From: Bdellovibrionales bacterium RIFOXYD12_FULL_39_22
GTDB lineage: Bacteria; Bdellovibrionota; Bacteriovoracia; Bacteriovoracales; Bacteriovoracaceae
Assembly: GCA_001770205.1 (NCBI GenBank)
Contig: MEQL01000048.1
Coordinates: forward strand, 1-64,000
Length of the DNA stretch: 64,000 nt
Reading direction: 5' to 3'
Under the pieces are notes generated by a model, which worked only from the letters and a program-made list of their open reading frames with translations, did no database searches and was not told the origin of the DNA. Made by a program: the position numbers and the translations under genes. Shown here one piece after another: positions 30,625 through 41,733 of the stretch (position 1 is the stretch's first letter; each line of letters begins with the position of its first letter).

Positions 30625-31410
30625 ATGAAGGTAGTAATTTTGGCCGGAGGATTTGGGACAAGGTTGAGTGAGGAGACGGAGGTACGTCCGAAGCCGATGG
30701 TAGAAATCGGTGGCATGCCTATTTTATGGCACATCATGAAAACATACTCTCGATATGGATTTAATGAATTTATTATTTGCCTCGGATACAAAGGCTACTA
30801 CATCAAGGAATATTTTGCTAATTATCTTCTGCACCACTGCGACATTACCATCGATCTTAATGATCGAAGCAAGATGGAGATTCACCATAATAAATCTGAA
30901 CCATGGAAAATTTCATTAATCGATACTGGAGCAAATACCCAAACTGGCGGACGTATTAAGCGTATTCGAGAATATTTAAACAATGAAACATTTTTTATGA
31001 CCTATGGTGATGGGGTGGCAGATGTGAATATTGCAGAACTTCTAAAATTCCACAAAGCACAAAAAAAATTGGCAACCGTCACCGCCGTCCAACCTTCTGG
31101 CCGATTTGGAGCACTAGAAACCTCCAACAAAGATTCTGTCGTAGTTTCGCAATTTGTAGAAAAGCCCAAAGGGGATAATGCTTGGATCAATGCCGGATTT
31201 TTTGTCCTTGAGCCTTCGGCCTTAGATTTTGTCTCCGGCGATCACTCTTCATGGGAAGAAGAATCCATGCCCCGGCTTGCTCAAAAAAAAGAGATGGTAG
31301 TTTTCAAGCATAGTGGTTTCTGGAAACCAATGGATACGTTAAGGGAAAAAAGAGAGCTGGAAGATTTGTGGAAGCGCGGTAATGCTCCATGGAAGGTTTG
31401 GGGGGAATAA
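30625..31410 (+). CDS. rfbF: Glucose-1-phosphate cytidylyltransferase
   Basis: ILAGGFGTRLSEET..PKPMVEIG, TYGDG, FWKPMDTLRE; start moved to ATG 30625. Confidence 0.95.
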   Translation: MKVVILAGGFGTRLSEETEVRPKPMVEIGGMPILWHIMKTYSRYGFNEFIICLGYKGYYIKEYFANYLLHHCDITIDLNDRSKMEIHHNKSEPWKISLIDTGANTQTGGRIKRIREYLNNETFFMTYGDGVADVNIAELLKFHKAQKKLATVTAVQPSGRFGALETSNKDSVVVSQFVEKPKGDNAWINAGFFVLEPSALDFVSGDHSSWEEESMPRLAQKKEMVVFKHSGFWKPMDTLREKRELEDLWKRGNAPWKVWGE

Positions 31411-31412
31411 TT

Positions 31413-32501
31413 TTGTTTAATAATATTTATCAAAACCGAAAAGTGTTAGTCACAGGACATTCTGGTTTTAAAGGAAGTTGGCTTGTACTTTGGCTGCAAC
31501 AAATGGGTGCCAACGTCTCCGCAATATCCCTACCTCCATCCACATCTCCAAATCACTGGGATCTTCTTAATATTAATATCGACTCCCACTACCTAGATAT
31601 TCGCGATGAACAAAAACTAAGAAAAAACATTTTAAAAATAAATCCAGAGATTGTATTTCATCTTGCGGCCCAACCTCTAGTTCTCGCATCATATCAACGC
31701 CCATTGGATACCTGGTCCACCAACGTTTTAGGAACGGCCAACGTTCTTGATGCTTGCAGAGAACTAAAAAAGTTATCAGCAATCGTCGTAGTTACCACCG
31801 ACAAATGTTATGAAAATAAAGAGTGGGTTTGGAGTTATCGAGAAATTGATCCGCTGGGAGGAAATGATCCCTATAGCGCATCTAAGGCAAGCAGTGAACT
31901 GGTTGCAAAAAGTTATCGGCAATCATTTTTCAACACCGACAATGGGCCTCTCTTGGCAACCGCCAGAGCTGGGAATGTTATTGGAGGAGGCGACTGGTCG
32001 GAGGATAGAATTGTACCAGATCTGGTTCGAGCGACAGTTACCAAAAAACCACTCCTCGTACGGTCCCCATACGCGACACGTCCATGGCAACACGTACTTG
32101 AGTGTCTATCTGGCTATCTTGCGCTGGGAGAAAAACTACTATCCCAAAATAAAATTTTTGCCGATGCGTGGAACTTTGGGCCCAACAACGACAGTCATCG
32201 CACTGTTGAAGAACTTCTAATTTCTATGAAGTTAAAGTGGCCAGACATTGCGTGGCAACTGTCTTCGGCCGCGCAGGGGCACAAGCATCACGAGGCCAAT
32301 CTGCTGCAGCTAGACAGTAGCAAGGCAAGATCAATACTTGCGTGGCGACCGGTCTGGAGCTTTGAAGAGTGTGTGGCCAAAACAGCGGAGTGGTATCAGA
32401 ATTGGATAAGTAAGGGAGAAATCATAGGACAGCGACAATTAAAAGAGTATGTGGCAGCGGCAAAAAACAAAAAAATAGAGTGGTCTGAGGAGAGAAAATG
32501 A
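31413..32501 (+). CDS. rfbG: CDP-glucose 4,6-dehydratase
   Basis: VTGHSGFKGSWL, HLAAQPLV, TTDKCY, DPYSASK, RPWQHVLE; probable TTG start. Confidence 0.95.
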   Translation: MFNNIYQNRKVLVTGHSGFKGSWLVLWLQQMGANVSAISLPPSTSPNHWDLLNINIDSHYLDIRDEQKLRKNILKINPEIVFHLAAQPLVLASYQRPLDTWSTNVLGTANVLDACRELKKLSAIVVVTTDKCYENKEWVWSYREIDPLGGNDPYSASKASSELVAKSYRQSFFNTDNGPLLATARAGNVIGGGDWSEDRIVPDLVRATVTKKPLLVRSPYATRPWQHVLECLSGYLALGEKLLSQNKIFADAWNFGPNNDSHRTVEELLISMKLKWPDIAWQLSSAAQGHKHHEANLLQLDSSKARSILAWRPVWSFEECVAKTAEWYQNWISKGEIIGQRQLKEYVAAAKNKKIEWSEERK

Positions 32502-33052
32502 TTTTCAAGGAAACTTCTCTTGCAGGAGCCTTTACAATAGAACCAGAAAGACGAGAAGACCAACGTGGTTTTTTTGCCAGGACTTTTTGCGTAAAAGAAT
32601 TCGAACAACATAATCTTGATTCAAGACTAGTGCAAGCAAACTACGCCTTCAGTAAAAGCAAAGGAACTTTGCGTGGGCTTCACTATCAACGCTCGCCAAT
32701 GTCCGAAACAAAAATCGTCCACTGTATCCACGGCGCAATCTGGGATGTCATTGTAGATTTGCGACAAAGTTCGCCAACTTTTGGAAAGTGGTTTGCCGAA
32801 GAACTCACTTCCAATAATAGAAAAATAATGTATGTTCCTAAAGGATTTGCTCATGGCATGCTAACCCTTACCGATGATGTTGAAGTTTTGTACATGGTTA
32901 GTGAGTTTTATTCACCAACTCACGAAAGAGGAATCCGTTGGAATGATCCTTTTTTGAATATTGTGTGGCCCAATGTACCAACAATAATTTCGGCCAAAGA
33001 CAACTCTTGGTCGGATTTTAATCCTCACGATCTCTTAGGTTCAATTACCTAA
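32498..33052 (+). CDS. rfbC: NDP-4-keto-6-deoxyhexose 3,5-epimerase (RmlC family)
   Basis: DQRGFF, LRGLHYQ, DVIVDLR, PKGFAHG, IRWNDP. Confidence 0.92.
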   Translation: MIFKETSLAGAFTIEPERREDQRGFFARTFCVKEFEQHNLDSRLVQANYAFSKSKGTLRGLHYQRSPMSETKIVHCIHGAIWDVIVDLRQSSPTFGKWFAEELTSNNRKIMYVPKGFAHGMLTLTDDVEVLYMVSEFYSPTHERGIRWNDPFLNIVWPNVPTIISAKDNSWSDFNPHDLLGSIT

Positions 33053-33063
33053 CAGGAAAACAA

Positions 33064-35331
33064 ATGATTCTCAAAAAAAGTGAGTATGAACCAATCAAGC
33101 TTTATATCTACCTCCTAATAACGATTATCTTAATTTGGATTTTATTTTTAGGATGGCGCCCTGGATTATTTTTTATTGGAAACGACGGGATTGGTGGGAT
33201 GCAGCCATTTCTTATGGAATTATTTAGAAATGGTGGCAGTTGGAAAAATACCGTCTATATGTTTAAGGCAGATGGTGGAACCATGGGCAGTGATAGTGCT
33301 GGGATTGTTCCATTTTATGAATTGGCATGCTATCTTGGCATCAGCACATTCTCTGCACAAATTATTTTAAATTTTCTCTTACAGACGGGAATTGCCTTTT
33401 TTTCCGTTTGTACGATCCGAGGACTAGCAACTCTACTTTCCGAAAAATCGCCAGACTGCCTAAATCAAATTTCAGTCACATTAATCATCGGTATTATATT
33501 TGCTTTCTTACCATTTATTGGCTGGCGCATTTATTACGGACATGAACTTATACTTCTTGGGTTATTATCCTTCATCGTTCCTTTTACAATAATTATCGCC
33601 CATGCCGCTGGCCATCTCTCCCTCTCACTACTAATCATCTCTATTATTTACCTTACACATAGCTTCCCGAGTCGCGGCCAACAAATAATAGCTTACTCGA
33701 TCATATTTGGCCTTCCAATTTTTGCGGGACTATTTTTAGAACTCTATAAGGACAAAAAGAAGCTTCTGGGGTTTACCATCGCAATTTTGATATCCGTTTT
33801 GGCATTAACTCTAATTCTTCCTCGATTTGCGTCTATGCTGATCTCCGCTCTGGGAAGTGATTCTGGACGAACGATAAACTCATTTCCCCTTACCTATTCA
33901 TACGTGACCGGATCAATCTCTGATTGGCTAACGAGCATACCGGTATTACTTTCAACATTAACTCCAACTAGACCACAGTACTTCTGGCACGAGGTAAATT
34001 ACGGATTTGGCCCCTTAATAATAATGCTTTTCTTGTTTCCATGGAAAAAATGGTGGAAATTCGGAGTTGGCCTGTTAATCACATTAATTTCTTGCTTCCT
34101 TTTTACAAACGATGTTCAACCATTTTCCACCTTAATAACATCTACTTTTAAAATATTGCAAAATTTTCGTGTTCCTCACCGATCAATATTAATTTTAGCC
34201 TGGCCTTTCTCAATTTTGGCCATTACTTCCTTGATCGTTCGTCTAAAATTAAAAAGAGAATTTAAAAATCAATTCACTCTCTGGGCGATTTTTTTATTAT
34301 TTTCTATTGTTGTCTGGACAAAATTCGAGATGAGCGAATTCGTTATTTTTGGCCTATTCATCGCCAGCGCACTAATGATATTGTTTCGGCCCTCAACGTT
34401 ATTATCATATCGTGAAACACTCATTTTTTTATTGACATCGATCGCTGCTCTAAATATTCTCGCCTTCTCTCAGCGGGCCATTCAAATGTACCCGACAAAC
34501 GAGATTACTAATACCGTTGATAATATCCGCAACATAATTTTTTCTCAACGGCCAGATTTACAAAAACCATTTCAAAGGGCGAAGTTATCTTTTGGGTTAG
34601 GATGGTTTAACGCTAATACCCCCGTGGTATTGGGACTTAATTCAATCGAAGGTTATATCGAACCAACTAAACGATTTGGTCAATTAGTGGCCGCACTCTA
34701 TCATCGGCCATATGACGTCACCAACAGCAACATTCTCTTTGATATAAATTCTCCTCAATTTGCTGTATTACAGCAAATATATAACGTTAGCACCATCATC
34801 ACGGCACCAAACAACACCATCGCATTTTCTAATGTCGTGACTCCGGGGCCAGTATGGTTCCCAAAAACATTTGAATCAGCTTCATCGATAAATAAATTAG
34901 CAAGTGCCGTTTCTTCAAATATAGCACATATCGCGACCAAGGCATTTATTCTCTCGGATGATTTTCCTGATATTAAAAAACTAACTCCTTGCTCAGACGC
35001 TCAAGCTGAGCTTATTAGCTATATTAACAGTGGTGTCTCAATCAAATATCACAGTGACAACGAATGTCTAATGACGGTATCCACCAATTATTCCTCAAAA
35101 CTAATTGCCACTCACAACGAACAGAGACTCCAGATCGTTCCTGTGTATGGTGTATTAACTGGGGTTATTATACCCGCTAGTTCAGGGGAAATTTTCTTAT
35201 CCCAGCAAAGTCTTGTTCCAGTGTGGATCTATGTTGTCTCCATTTTAGGTTTCATTTTGACAGCTATTATATTAATCTACTACCGTAAATCTATCATGAT
35301 AAACAAACCAGTAATAAATAATAGGAATTAA
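33064..35331 (+). CDS. YfhO-like polytopic membrane protein (GT-C fold candidate)
   Basis: Many TMs, FRVPHR motif, SIEGY in a periplasmic domain, final C-terminal TM. Confidence 0.65.
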   Translation: MILKKSEYEPIKLYIYLLITIILIWILFLGWRPGLFFIGNDGIGGMQPFLMELFRNGGSWKNTVYMFKADGGTMGSDSAGIVPFYELACYLGISTFSAQIILNFLLQTGIAFFSVCTIRGLATLLSEKSPDCLNQISVTLIIGIIFAFLPFIGWRIYYGHELILLGLLSFIVPFTIIIAHAAGHLSLSLLIISIIYLTHSFPSRGQQIIAYSIIFGLPIFAGLFLELYKDKKKLLGFTIAILISVLALTLILPRFASMLISALGSDSGRTINSFPLTYSYVTGSISDWLTSIPVLLSTLTPTRPQYFWHEVNYGFGPLIIMLFLFPWKKWWKFGVGLLITLISCFLFTNDVQPFSTLITSTFKILQNFRVPHRSILILAWPFSILAITSLIVRLKLKREFKNQFTLWAIFLLFSIVVWTKFEMSEFVIFGLFIASALMILFRPSTLLSYRETLIFLLTSIAALNILAFSQRAIQMYPTNEITNTVDNIRNIIFSQRPDLQKPFQRAKLSFGLGWFNANTPVVLGLNSIEGYIEPTKRFGQLVAALYHRPYDVTNSNILFDINSPQFAVLQQIYNVSTIITAPNNTIAFSNVVTPGPVWFPKTFESASSINKLASAVSSNIAHIATKAFILSDDFPDIKKLTPCSDAQAELISYINSGVSIKYHSDNECLMTVSTNYSSKLIATHNEQRLQIVPVYGVLTGVIIPASSGEIFLSQQSLVPVWIYVVSILGFILTAIILIYYRKSIMINKPVINNRN

Positions 35332-35335
35332 AATA

Positions 35336-36193
35336 ATGCAAATACTTGTCACTGGGGCAACAGGGTTCATAGGCCAGCATCTTGTACCCTTCCTTCAACA
35401 ACAAGGGTTCGCAGTACATAGACTTGTAAGAAAACGAACCGATTTGTCTGGCCATAATGATCATATTTACGACGGATCACTTGAATCACTTGAGAAATGC
35501 CTGCGAACTCCATTTGACGGAATTATTCACCTGGCAGCTTACTACGTTAATAGGCATACCGGGAAAGATATCAGTGATCTTATAAATTCAAATATCCTTT
35601 TCCCGACGCAGCTACTTGAGACCGCAGGCCAAGGAAAAGTTCGTTGGATAATTAACACGGGATCATATTTTGAACATTTTGGAGACACCGAATACTCTCC
35701 AATTAATCTATATGCTGGCCTCAAAAAGGCCTTCCAAGATATTGGCCTCTTCTATACACAAAATACCCCTATCAAATTCTTAACATTAAAAATAACTGAC
35801 TCCTATGGCCCAAATGACAACCGCCCAAAAATTTTAAATATATGGAAGAACCATTTGAACAAGACGGCCCCACTCGAAATGAGCGGTGGTGAACAATACA
35901 TTGATCTGATCCACACTTTTGACATTTGTCGAGCCTTTCTTATTATGATTAATTTGATTGAAAATAAATCATCAAAATTTGACTACTATGCGATCGACTC
36001 AACTCGGTCAATGCGCTTAAAGGATTTAGCGAAATTAGTTAGTCAAATAACCAGCCGATCACTCAACATCGCGTGGGGGAAGCTCCCCTATTCAGGAAGG
36101 GAATTTATGCGTCCCTGGAAAAACATCCGTCCACTACCAGACTGGTCGCCAACCATTTCTCTTGAAGAAGGATTAATGGATTTTTTCAAATGA
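35336..36193 (+). CDS. NAD-dependent sugar 4-reductase/epimerase (RfbJ/RfbS-like SDR)
   Basis: GATGFIG, HLAA, YAGLK, DSYGPND, SGGEQYIDLIH. Confidence 0.8.
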   Translation: MQILVTGATGFIGQHLVPFLQQQGFAVHRLVRKRTDLSGHNDHIYDGSLESLEKCLRTPFDGIIHLAAYYVNRHTGKDISDLINSNILFPTQLLETAGQGKVRWIINTGSYFEHFGDTEYSPINLYAGLKKAFQDIGLFYTQNTPIKFLTLKITDSYGPNDNRPKILNIWKNHLNKTAPLEMSGGEQYIDLIHTFDICRAFLIMINLIENKSSKFDYYAIDSTRSMRLKDLAKLVSQITSRSLNIAWGKLPYSGREFMRPWKNIRPLPDWSPTISLEEGLMDFFK

Positions 36194-37014
36194 CACACAC
36201 CCCAATAGCTTCCATTTTTATCCCCGTCTACAACGCTGAAAAGTTTATAGCGCAAACTATATCTTCAGTGTTGGCCCAATCAGTCACTGATTATGAACTT
36301 GTGATAATTGATAATTGCTCTACTGACAATACTAGACAAGTAATAGCAGAATTTAGTGATCCCAGAATACGTGTAATTCATAATAAAACCAATATTGGCT
36401 TTGCAGCAAATTGGAACAAAACATTATCCGAGATTCGTGGCAAGTATTATAAACTTTTACCAGCGGATGATCTACTGCTCCCTGACTGCATCGAAAAACA
36501 AGTTGCCATTTTAGAAAATCCTAAATTTAATAATATTTCTCTTGTCTGTGGCCACAGAGATATTATTGGCCCGACTGGCAAAACGATACTAAAACTCAAA
36601 AACCCACTGGCCAAAGGGACAAACAGTGCCCGGACCGCACTCAAAAAATGCATTTACAGAGGAACAAATATCTTTGGTGAACCAGGTAATATTATGATTC
36701 GCTCCGAATTAATCACCAAGACTCACGGATATACTGATAAATATAACTTTGTGATCGACCTTGATTTCTATCTCCAAATTTTGAAGTATGGTGATTGCTA
36801 CAATATTCCAGAAACAATTGGCCAATTTAGAATTTCGTCAGATTCAGAAAGTACTTCAATCGGTAGGTTGCAAGCAAATCAATTTACGGCCTTAATGGAG
36901 CATCTTCGTCGTGAAAAGCATTACAACATATCCATCTTTGAATTATTTATTGCTAAATTAATGGCCAGAATAAATGGTTTTCTACGAAGAATAGTATATA
37001 AGTTTTTATTATAA
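36190..37014 (+). CDS. GT2 glycosyltransferase
   Basis: IPVYN, DNCSTD, ADD, FGEPG. Confidence 0.9.
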   Translation: MTHTPIASIFIPVYNAEKFIAQTISSVLAQSVTDYELVIIDNCSTDNTRQVIAEFSDPRIRVIHNKTNIGFAANWNKTLSEIRGKYYKLLPADDLLLPDCIEKQVAILENPKFNNISLVCGHRDIIGPTGKTILKLKNPLAKGTNSARTALKKCIYRGTNIFGEPGNIMIRSELITKTHGYTDKYNFVIDLDFYLQILKYGDCYNIPETIGQFRISSDSESTSIGRLQANQFTALMEHLRREKHYNISIFELFIAKLMARINGFLRRIVYKFLL

Positions 37015-37026
37015 GGTATTGATCAT

Positions 37027-37926
37027 ATGAATTGTTTATTTTGTGGCGATGAGATAGAAAATGATCCAAATTATAGTGACTGTCGCGACTACTACCTTCA
37101 ATCCCCAACGATTGTGAGTTATGCGCATTGTAAAAAATGCAACAATCTGCAACAAAATCCAATTCCAAAAAATATAGACAGTTTTTACCATGCTTATCCG
37201 ATTCATAAAAAAAAACATCCTCTATTTTCCATGATTCGTAATTTCGTTGGGCAAAGTGGTTATTGCGATGTTAAGAATAAATTTATACAAGGTAATTTTG
37301 TAGTTATTGATTATGGTTGTGGCGATGGTTCTTACCTGCGCTCTTTACAAAAAAACAAAAAACTAATCCTAATAGGGTATGATAAATTCAAAAGTTGGTC
37401 CACCCGCGAAAACGAAACCAACATAATATTTACCTCTGACAAATTTTTTTTAAAAAATAACTTTAAAAATAAAGCGAACATAATAACGTTACATCATGTC
37501 TTTGAACACCTCCCAAATCCTGCGGAGGTTATGACTGAACTCAGATCTCTGCTGGCAGATGATGGCATTATATACATACTTATACCGTCAATTGAGTCCT
37601 TGATCGCAAGCAAGTTTAAAAAAAGGTGGCATGGGCTTGATGCCCCCAGGCACTTACATCTTGTGACCGAACGTGGACTAAGAATCTTTCTTGCTCCGTT
37701 AGGTTTTTTTATCACTAAGACCGAAAAACATTATTTCTCAAATGATATCCCGGCCTCCATCTCTTCTCTTTTATTCGGTAAGTTTAATAATATATTTTTC
37801 TATATGCTATTACCTATTTCTATTTTGTTTGGATGGGCGAAGATTAAAACAACCCGTTCTATAATTTCGTTTGAAATAAAAAAAATTACAACTGACAAAA
37901 TATTACGGGACAATTTAACATGTTAA
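37027..37926 (+). CDS. Class I SAM methyltransferase with N-terminal Zn ribbon
   Basis: CLFC/CKKC, DYGCGDG, HHVFEHLPNP, DAPRHL. Confidence 0.85.
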   Translation: MNCLFCGDEIENDPNYSDCRDYYLQSPTIVSYAHCKKCNNLQQNPIPKNIDSFYHAYPIHKKKHPLFSMIRNFVGQSGYCDVKNKFIQGNFVVIDYGCGDGSYLRSLQKNKKLILIGYDKFKSWSTRENETNIIFTSDKFFLKNNFKNKANIITLHHVFEHLPNPAEVMTELRSLLADDGIIYILIPSIESLIASKFKKRWHGLDAPRHLHLVTERGLRIFLAPLGFFITKTEKHYFSNDIPASISSLLFGKFNNIFFYMLLPISILFGWAKIKTTRSIISFEIKKITTDKILRDNLTC

Positions 37927-37944
37927 GGTCACTCAGGAGGACAA

Positions 37945-38658
37945 GTGGACCATTTTAAACAAACAAAAGAATTGTACGAAAATACCATTAGGCCAATTAC
38001 AAAGTACTGCCGTCATAGAAGAACAGACATTATTCTAAACTATGTGTGTAATAAAAACGTTTTGGATATCGGATGCGTCGAACACGAATCATCCATAGAA
38101 CAAAAAAGTAATTGGTGGCTTCATGGATTAATAAAAAACAAGGCAGCTAATTTGCTAGGTGTTGATTACGATACAGCGGCCATCGAAGAACTTAGAAAAA
38201 AAGGATATAACGTATGTGTGGCCAACGTTGAAGAAATGAATCTTGGGTGCAAATATGATGTTATCGTGGCAGGAGAAGTCTTTGAGCATCTTACCAACCA
38301 CCGCTCCTTCCTTGAATCAGTAAAACGACATTTGACAGATAATGGTATTCTTGTAGCAAGCATGCCAAACGCAAACTCCCTTAATTATTTTATTCAAACT
38401 CTAGTTTTTGGCCATGAGGTTGATGCCTGGGATCACTCTTCATTCTTTACTCCGGTGACATTAACCGTGATGTTAAAAAAATGTGGGCTCACTCCAACAG
38501 AGATAATTTTATATCAACCAGATGAGATCTTTCATCATGAGAACGAATTTCATCATTTGGCCGCATACTTATTTAATAAATTTCAACAAATGATTTGTTG
38601 GCTACGCCCGTCACTTTCAAGGGGGCTAATCGTTGTGGCCCAAAAAGGAACAATATGA
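37945..38658 (+). CDS. Class I SAM methyltransferase
   Basis: VLDIGC, GVD, AGEVFEHL, SMPN. Confidence 0.85.
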   Translation: MDHFKQTKELYENTIRPITKYCRHRRTDIILNYVCNKNVLDIGCVEHESSIEQKSNWWLHGLIKNKAANLLGVDYDTAAIEELRKKGYNVCVANVEEMNLGCKYDVIVAGEVFEHLTNHRSFLESVKRHLTDNGILVASMPNANSLNYFIQTLVFGHEVDAWDHSSFFTPVTLTVMLKKCGLTPTEIILYQPDEIFHHENEFHHLAAYLFNKFQQMICWLRPSLSRGLIVVAQKGTI

Positions 38659-38713
38659 TCATCGCAAAAGCACCTTTACGAATTTCTCATGGTGGTAGGT
38701 ACCCTTGTAATTG
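38655..38713 (+). pseudogene. 5' stub of a GHMP sugar kinase (HddA-like)
   Basis: ATGA-coupled MIIAKAPLRISHGG matches the HddA-type N-terminus (APLRISLGGGGTD), then similarity stops. Confidence 0.65.
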
Positions 38714-39463
<750 letters not shown>

Positions 39464-39472
39464 AAATGCCTC

Positions 39473-40750
39473 TTATACTTCATCATTTCTAATAATTTTA
39501 GGTACTGGCAGCGGAACTATAAAATCACCTCGAAAACCCATTTTCTTTAGTTTAGGAATTAGTTCATCAGCAATATGCCAAGAAAATATTAGTGCAAAAT
39601 TTGGCTGATCCTTATATAAATTTTTCTCATGAAGAATGGGAATAAGTGTGCCAGGAACATATTTCCCTATTTTATGCGATCCTTCAATCTCCATAATTGA
39701 ATCCAATATCCCATCATCGATACCAACATAGTTAATCAGAGTTGAAGCTCTTGAAGGAGCACTGATTCCAACAACACTCTTTTTAGTTACCTTAATTTCA
39801 TGAAACATCTTAAGAAGTGCCAACTTTGACATAACAACCTTTTCCTTAAATTTCAGAAGATTTTCATAGGAGACAGTATCTTTTTCTTTTTGCAACAACG
39901 ATTCAACCGTGGGTCTAGTTTTAAACTTACCTTTTTTTGCCGCATATACTCGAACAGACCCACCGTGTGTAGGAATCTGCTTTACATGAAAAATTTCCAA
40001 ACCATGTAACTCTAATAAATATTGAAGACTGTGAAGAGAATAATATCGCAGGTGTTCGTGATAAATTGTATCGTATTGTAAATTTTCAACCAATGGTAGA
40101 AGATAATGAGACTCTGAAATAAAAACTCCATCATCAGTTAGCAAGCGTAAGATCTGTTTTATTACTTCGTGAATATTCTCCATGTGAGCAAAAACATTCG
40201 TTGCAGTAATGATTTTAGCTTTTCCGCTTGTGCCCAAAATTTCATCAACAACTTTTTCGTTAAAATAGGAAAAAATAGTGGGGATTCCTTTTGCAACGGC
40301 AATTTTGCCAATCTCCTCGGGAGTCACTCCCTGAACCTTGTGATCGTTTTGGAAATTACTTAAAAGATTTCCATCATTTGATCCTATATCAACAACCAAG
40401 TCATTTTTATCAATCCTAATAAGTGATATGGTCTCTCGATATAATTCTTGGAAATTTTCCCGTAGGATTTTTGTTGTAGAACTTGTATAAGGATACTCTG
40501 GTGGAAACAAAATTTTCGGATCAACGGCCAACCCCATCTGGATCAGTCCGCATTTAGAACATAGTAAAATTTCAGCAGGATAACTTGGCCGTTCTTTTGG
40601 CAAACTATCAATTAATGTCAAGGTATTAACCGGTGGCAGATAACCCAAAAAAAGAATGGATTTGAGTTCTTTACTGCTACAAACTTGACACTTGTCAATT
40701 ACAACACTCGAACCTGTTCCCATCGATAGTGACACACCATCATTTTTCAT
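39473..40750 (-). CDS. NDP-sugar C-methyltransferase (Zn-binding, TcaB9/NovU-type)
   Basis: CQVC/CSKC, DIGSNDG, NVFAH, YHEHLRYY, THGGS, KIGKYVPGT; start moved to 40750 (ATGA overlap). Confidence 0.9.
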   Translation of the reverse strand: MKNDGVSLSMGTGSSVVIDKCQVCSSKELKSILFLGYLPPVNTLTLIDSLPKERPSYPAEILLCSKCGLIQMGLAVDPKILFPPEYPYTSSTTKILRENFQELYRETISLIRIDKNDLVVDIGSNDGNLLSNFQNDHKVQGVTPEEIGKIAVAKGIPTIFSYFNEKVVDEILGTSGKAKIITATNVFAHMENIHEVIKQILRLLTDDGVFISESHYLLPLVENLQYDTIYHEHLRYYSLHSLQYLLELHGLEIFHVKQIPTHGGSVRVYAAKKGKFKTRPTVESLLQKEKDTVSYENLLKFKEKVVMSKLALLKMFHEIKVTKKSVVGISAPSRASTLINYVGIDDGILDSIMEIEGSHKIGKYVPGTLIPILHEKNLYKDQPNFALIFSWHIADELIPKLKKMGFRGDFIVPLPVPKIIRNDEV

Positions 40751-41733
40751 TTCTTTACTCCTCTCTTTTTTTGAAAGTCGTCTCGATACCATTGTGTCGT
40801 TTTTATCAATCCTTCTGACAAGGAAATTTCTGGACAATAACCGAGAGCTGTTACCTTGGAAATATTTGGACATCTGCGTTTCGTTCCACCCTCTTGCAAC
40901 TTTCCTGGAACTATCTCAATTTTACGCGCGAAACAGTCGGCAACTTTTCTTGCAACTTCCTTTATGTTTACTTCATCCTGGGTACCAATATGATAAATTC
41001 CCAAATTGTCCCCTTTATCTAGCACAATTTGCACACCATTAATAAAATCGTCGATATAGACAAAGGATCTGGTCTCATTGCCATCACCTTGTATAGGGAA
41101 TTTTATTACGCCCTCTGAAAATTGATCTGTCAACTCACACATACGAGTAATAAATTGAGGCAAGACATGCTCATAACCCATCGCCCCACCATAAACATTG
41201 TGAGGGCGAATGATCAAAGAGCGCTCGAAATATTTTCGCCCATAATTAATTGCCAACAGTTCGGAAATTATTTTTCCACCACCATAAGAATAGCGAGGTT
41301 TCAAAGGGTCAGGAACTAGCAATGGAATCGATTCATCTGTGGGAATTGTGGCCGGAGTTTGATAGACCTCTGAGCTAGACATCAAGAGCAACTCAGGAAC
41401 ATCGTGTTCAATACATCCCTCCAAAACATTCATTATGCCCTTTACACCGACTTCCAATACTTCATGTGGTCGAGAATAGAAAAATTCCGTTCCATTTATG
41501 TAGGCAAGATGACAAACAGAATCAATACCCTTGCAGAGTTTTTTTACCTCTACAAGATTTCGGATATCTCCTTCGACGTATTCGATATCTTTTAAAACAG
41601 TTGCTAATCTTGACACATCTCCTCGTGAGCTATTATCCATAACTCTTACAAAATTACCAAAAGAAACAAGTTTCTTCACCAACGCACTACCAATGAACCC
41701 AGATCCTCCCGTAACAAAATATTTTTTTTTCAT
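40747..41733 (-). CDS. NAD-dependent epimerase/dehydratase
   Basis: GGSGFIG, SSSEVY, YGGGK, RPHNVYG, ETRSFVYIDD. Confidence 0.9.
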   Translation of the reverse strand: MKKKYFVTGGSGFIGSALVKKLVSFGNFVRVMDNSSRGDVSRLATVLKDIEYVEGDIRNLVEVKKLCKGIDSVCHLAYINGTEFFYSRPHEVLEVGVKGIMNVLEGCIEHDVPELLLMSSSEVYQTPATIPTDESIPLLVPDPLKPRYSYGGGKIISELLAINYGRKYFERSLIIRPHNVYGGAMGYEHVLPQFITRMCELTDQFSEGVIKFPIQGDGNETRSFVYIDDFINGVQIVLDKGDNLGIYHIGTQDEVNIKEVARKVADCFARKIEIVPGKLQEGGTKRRCPNISKVTALGYCPEISLSEGLIKTTQWYRDDFQKKRGVKK

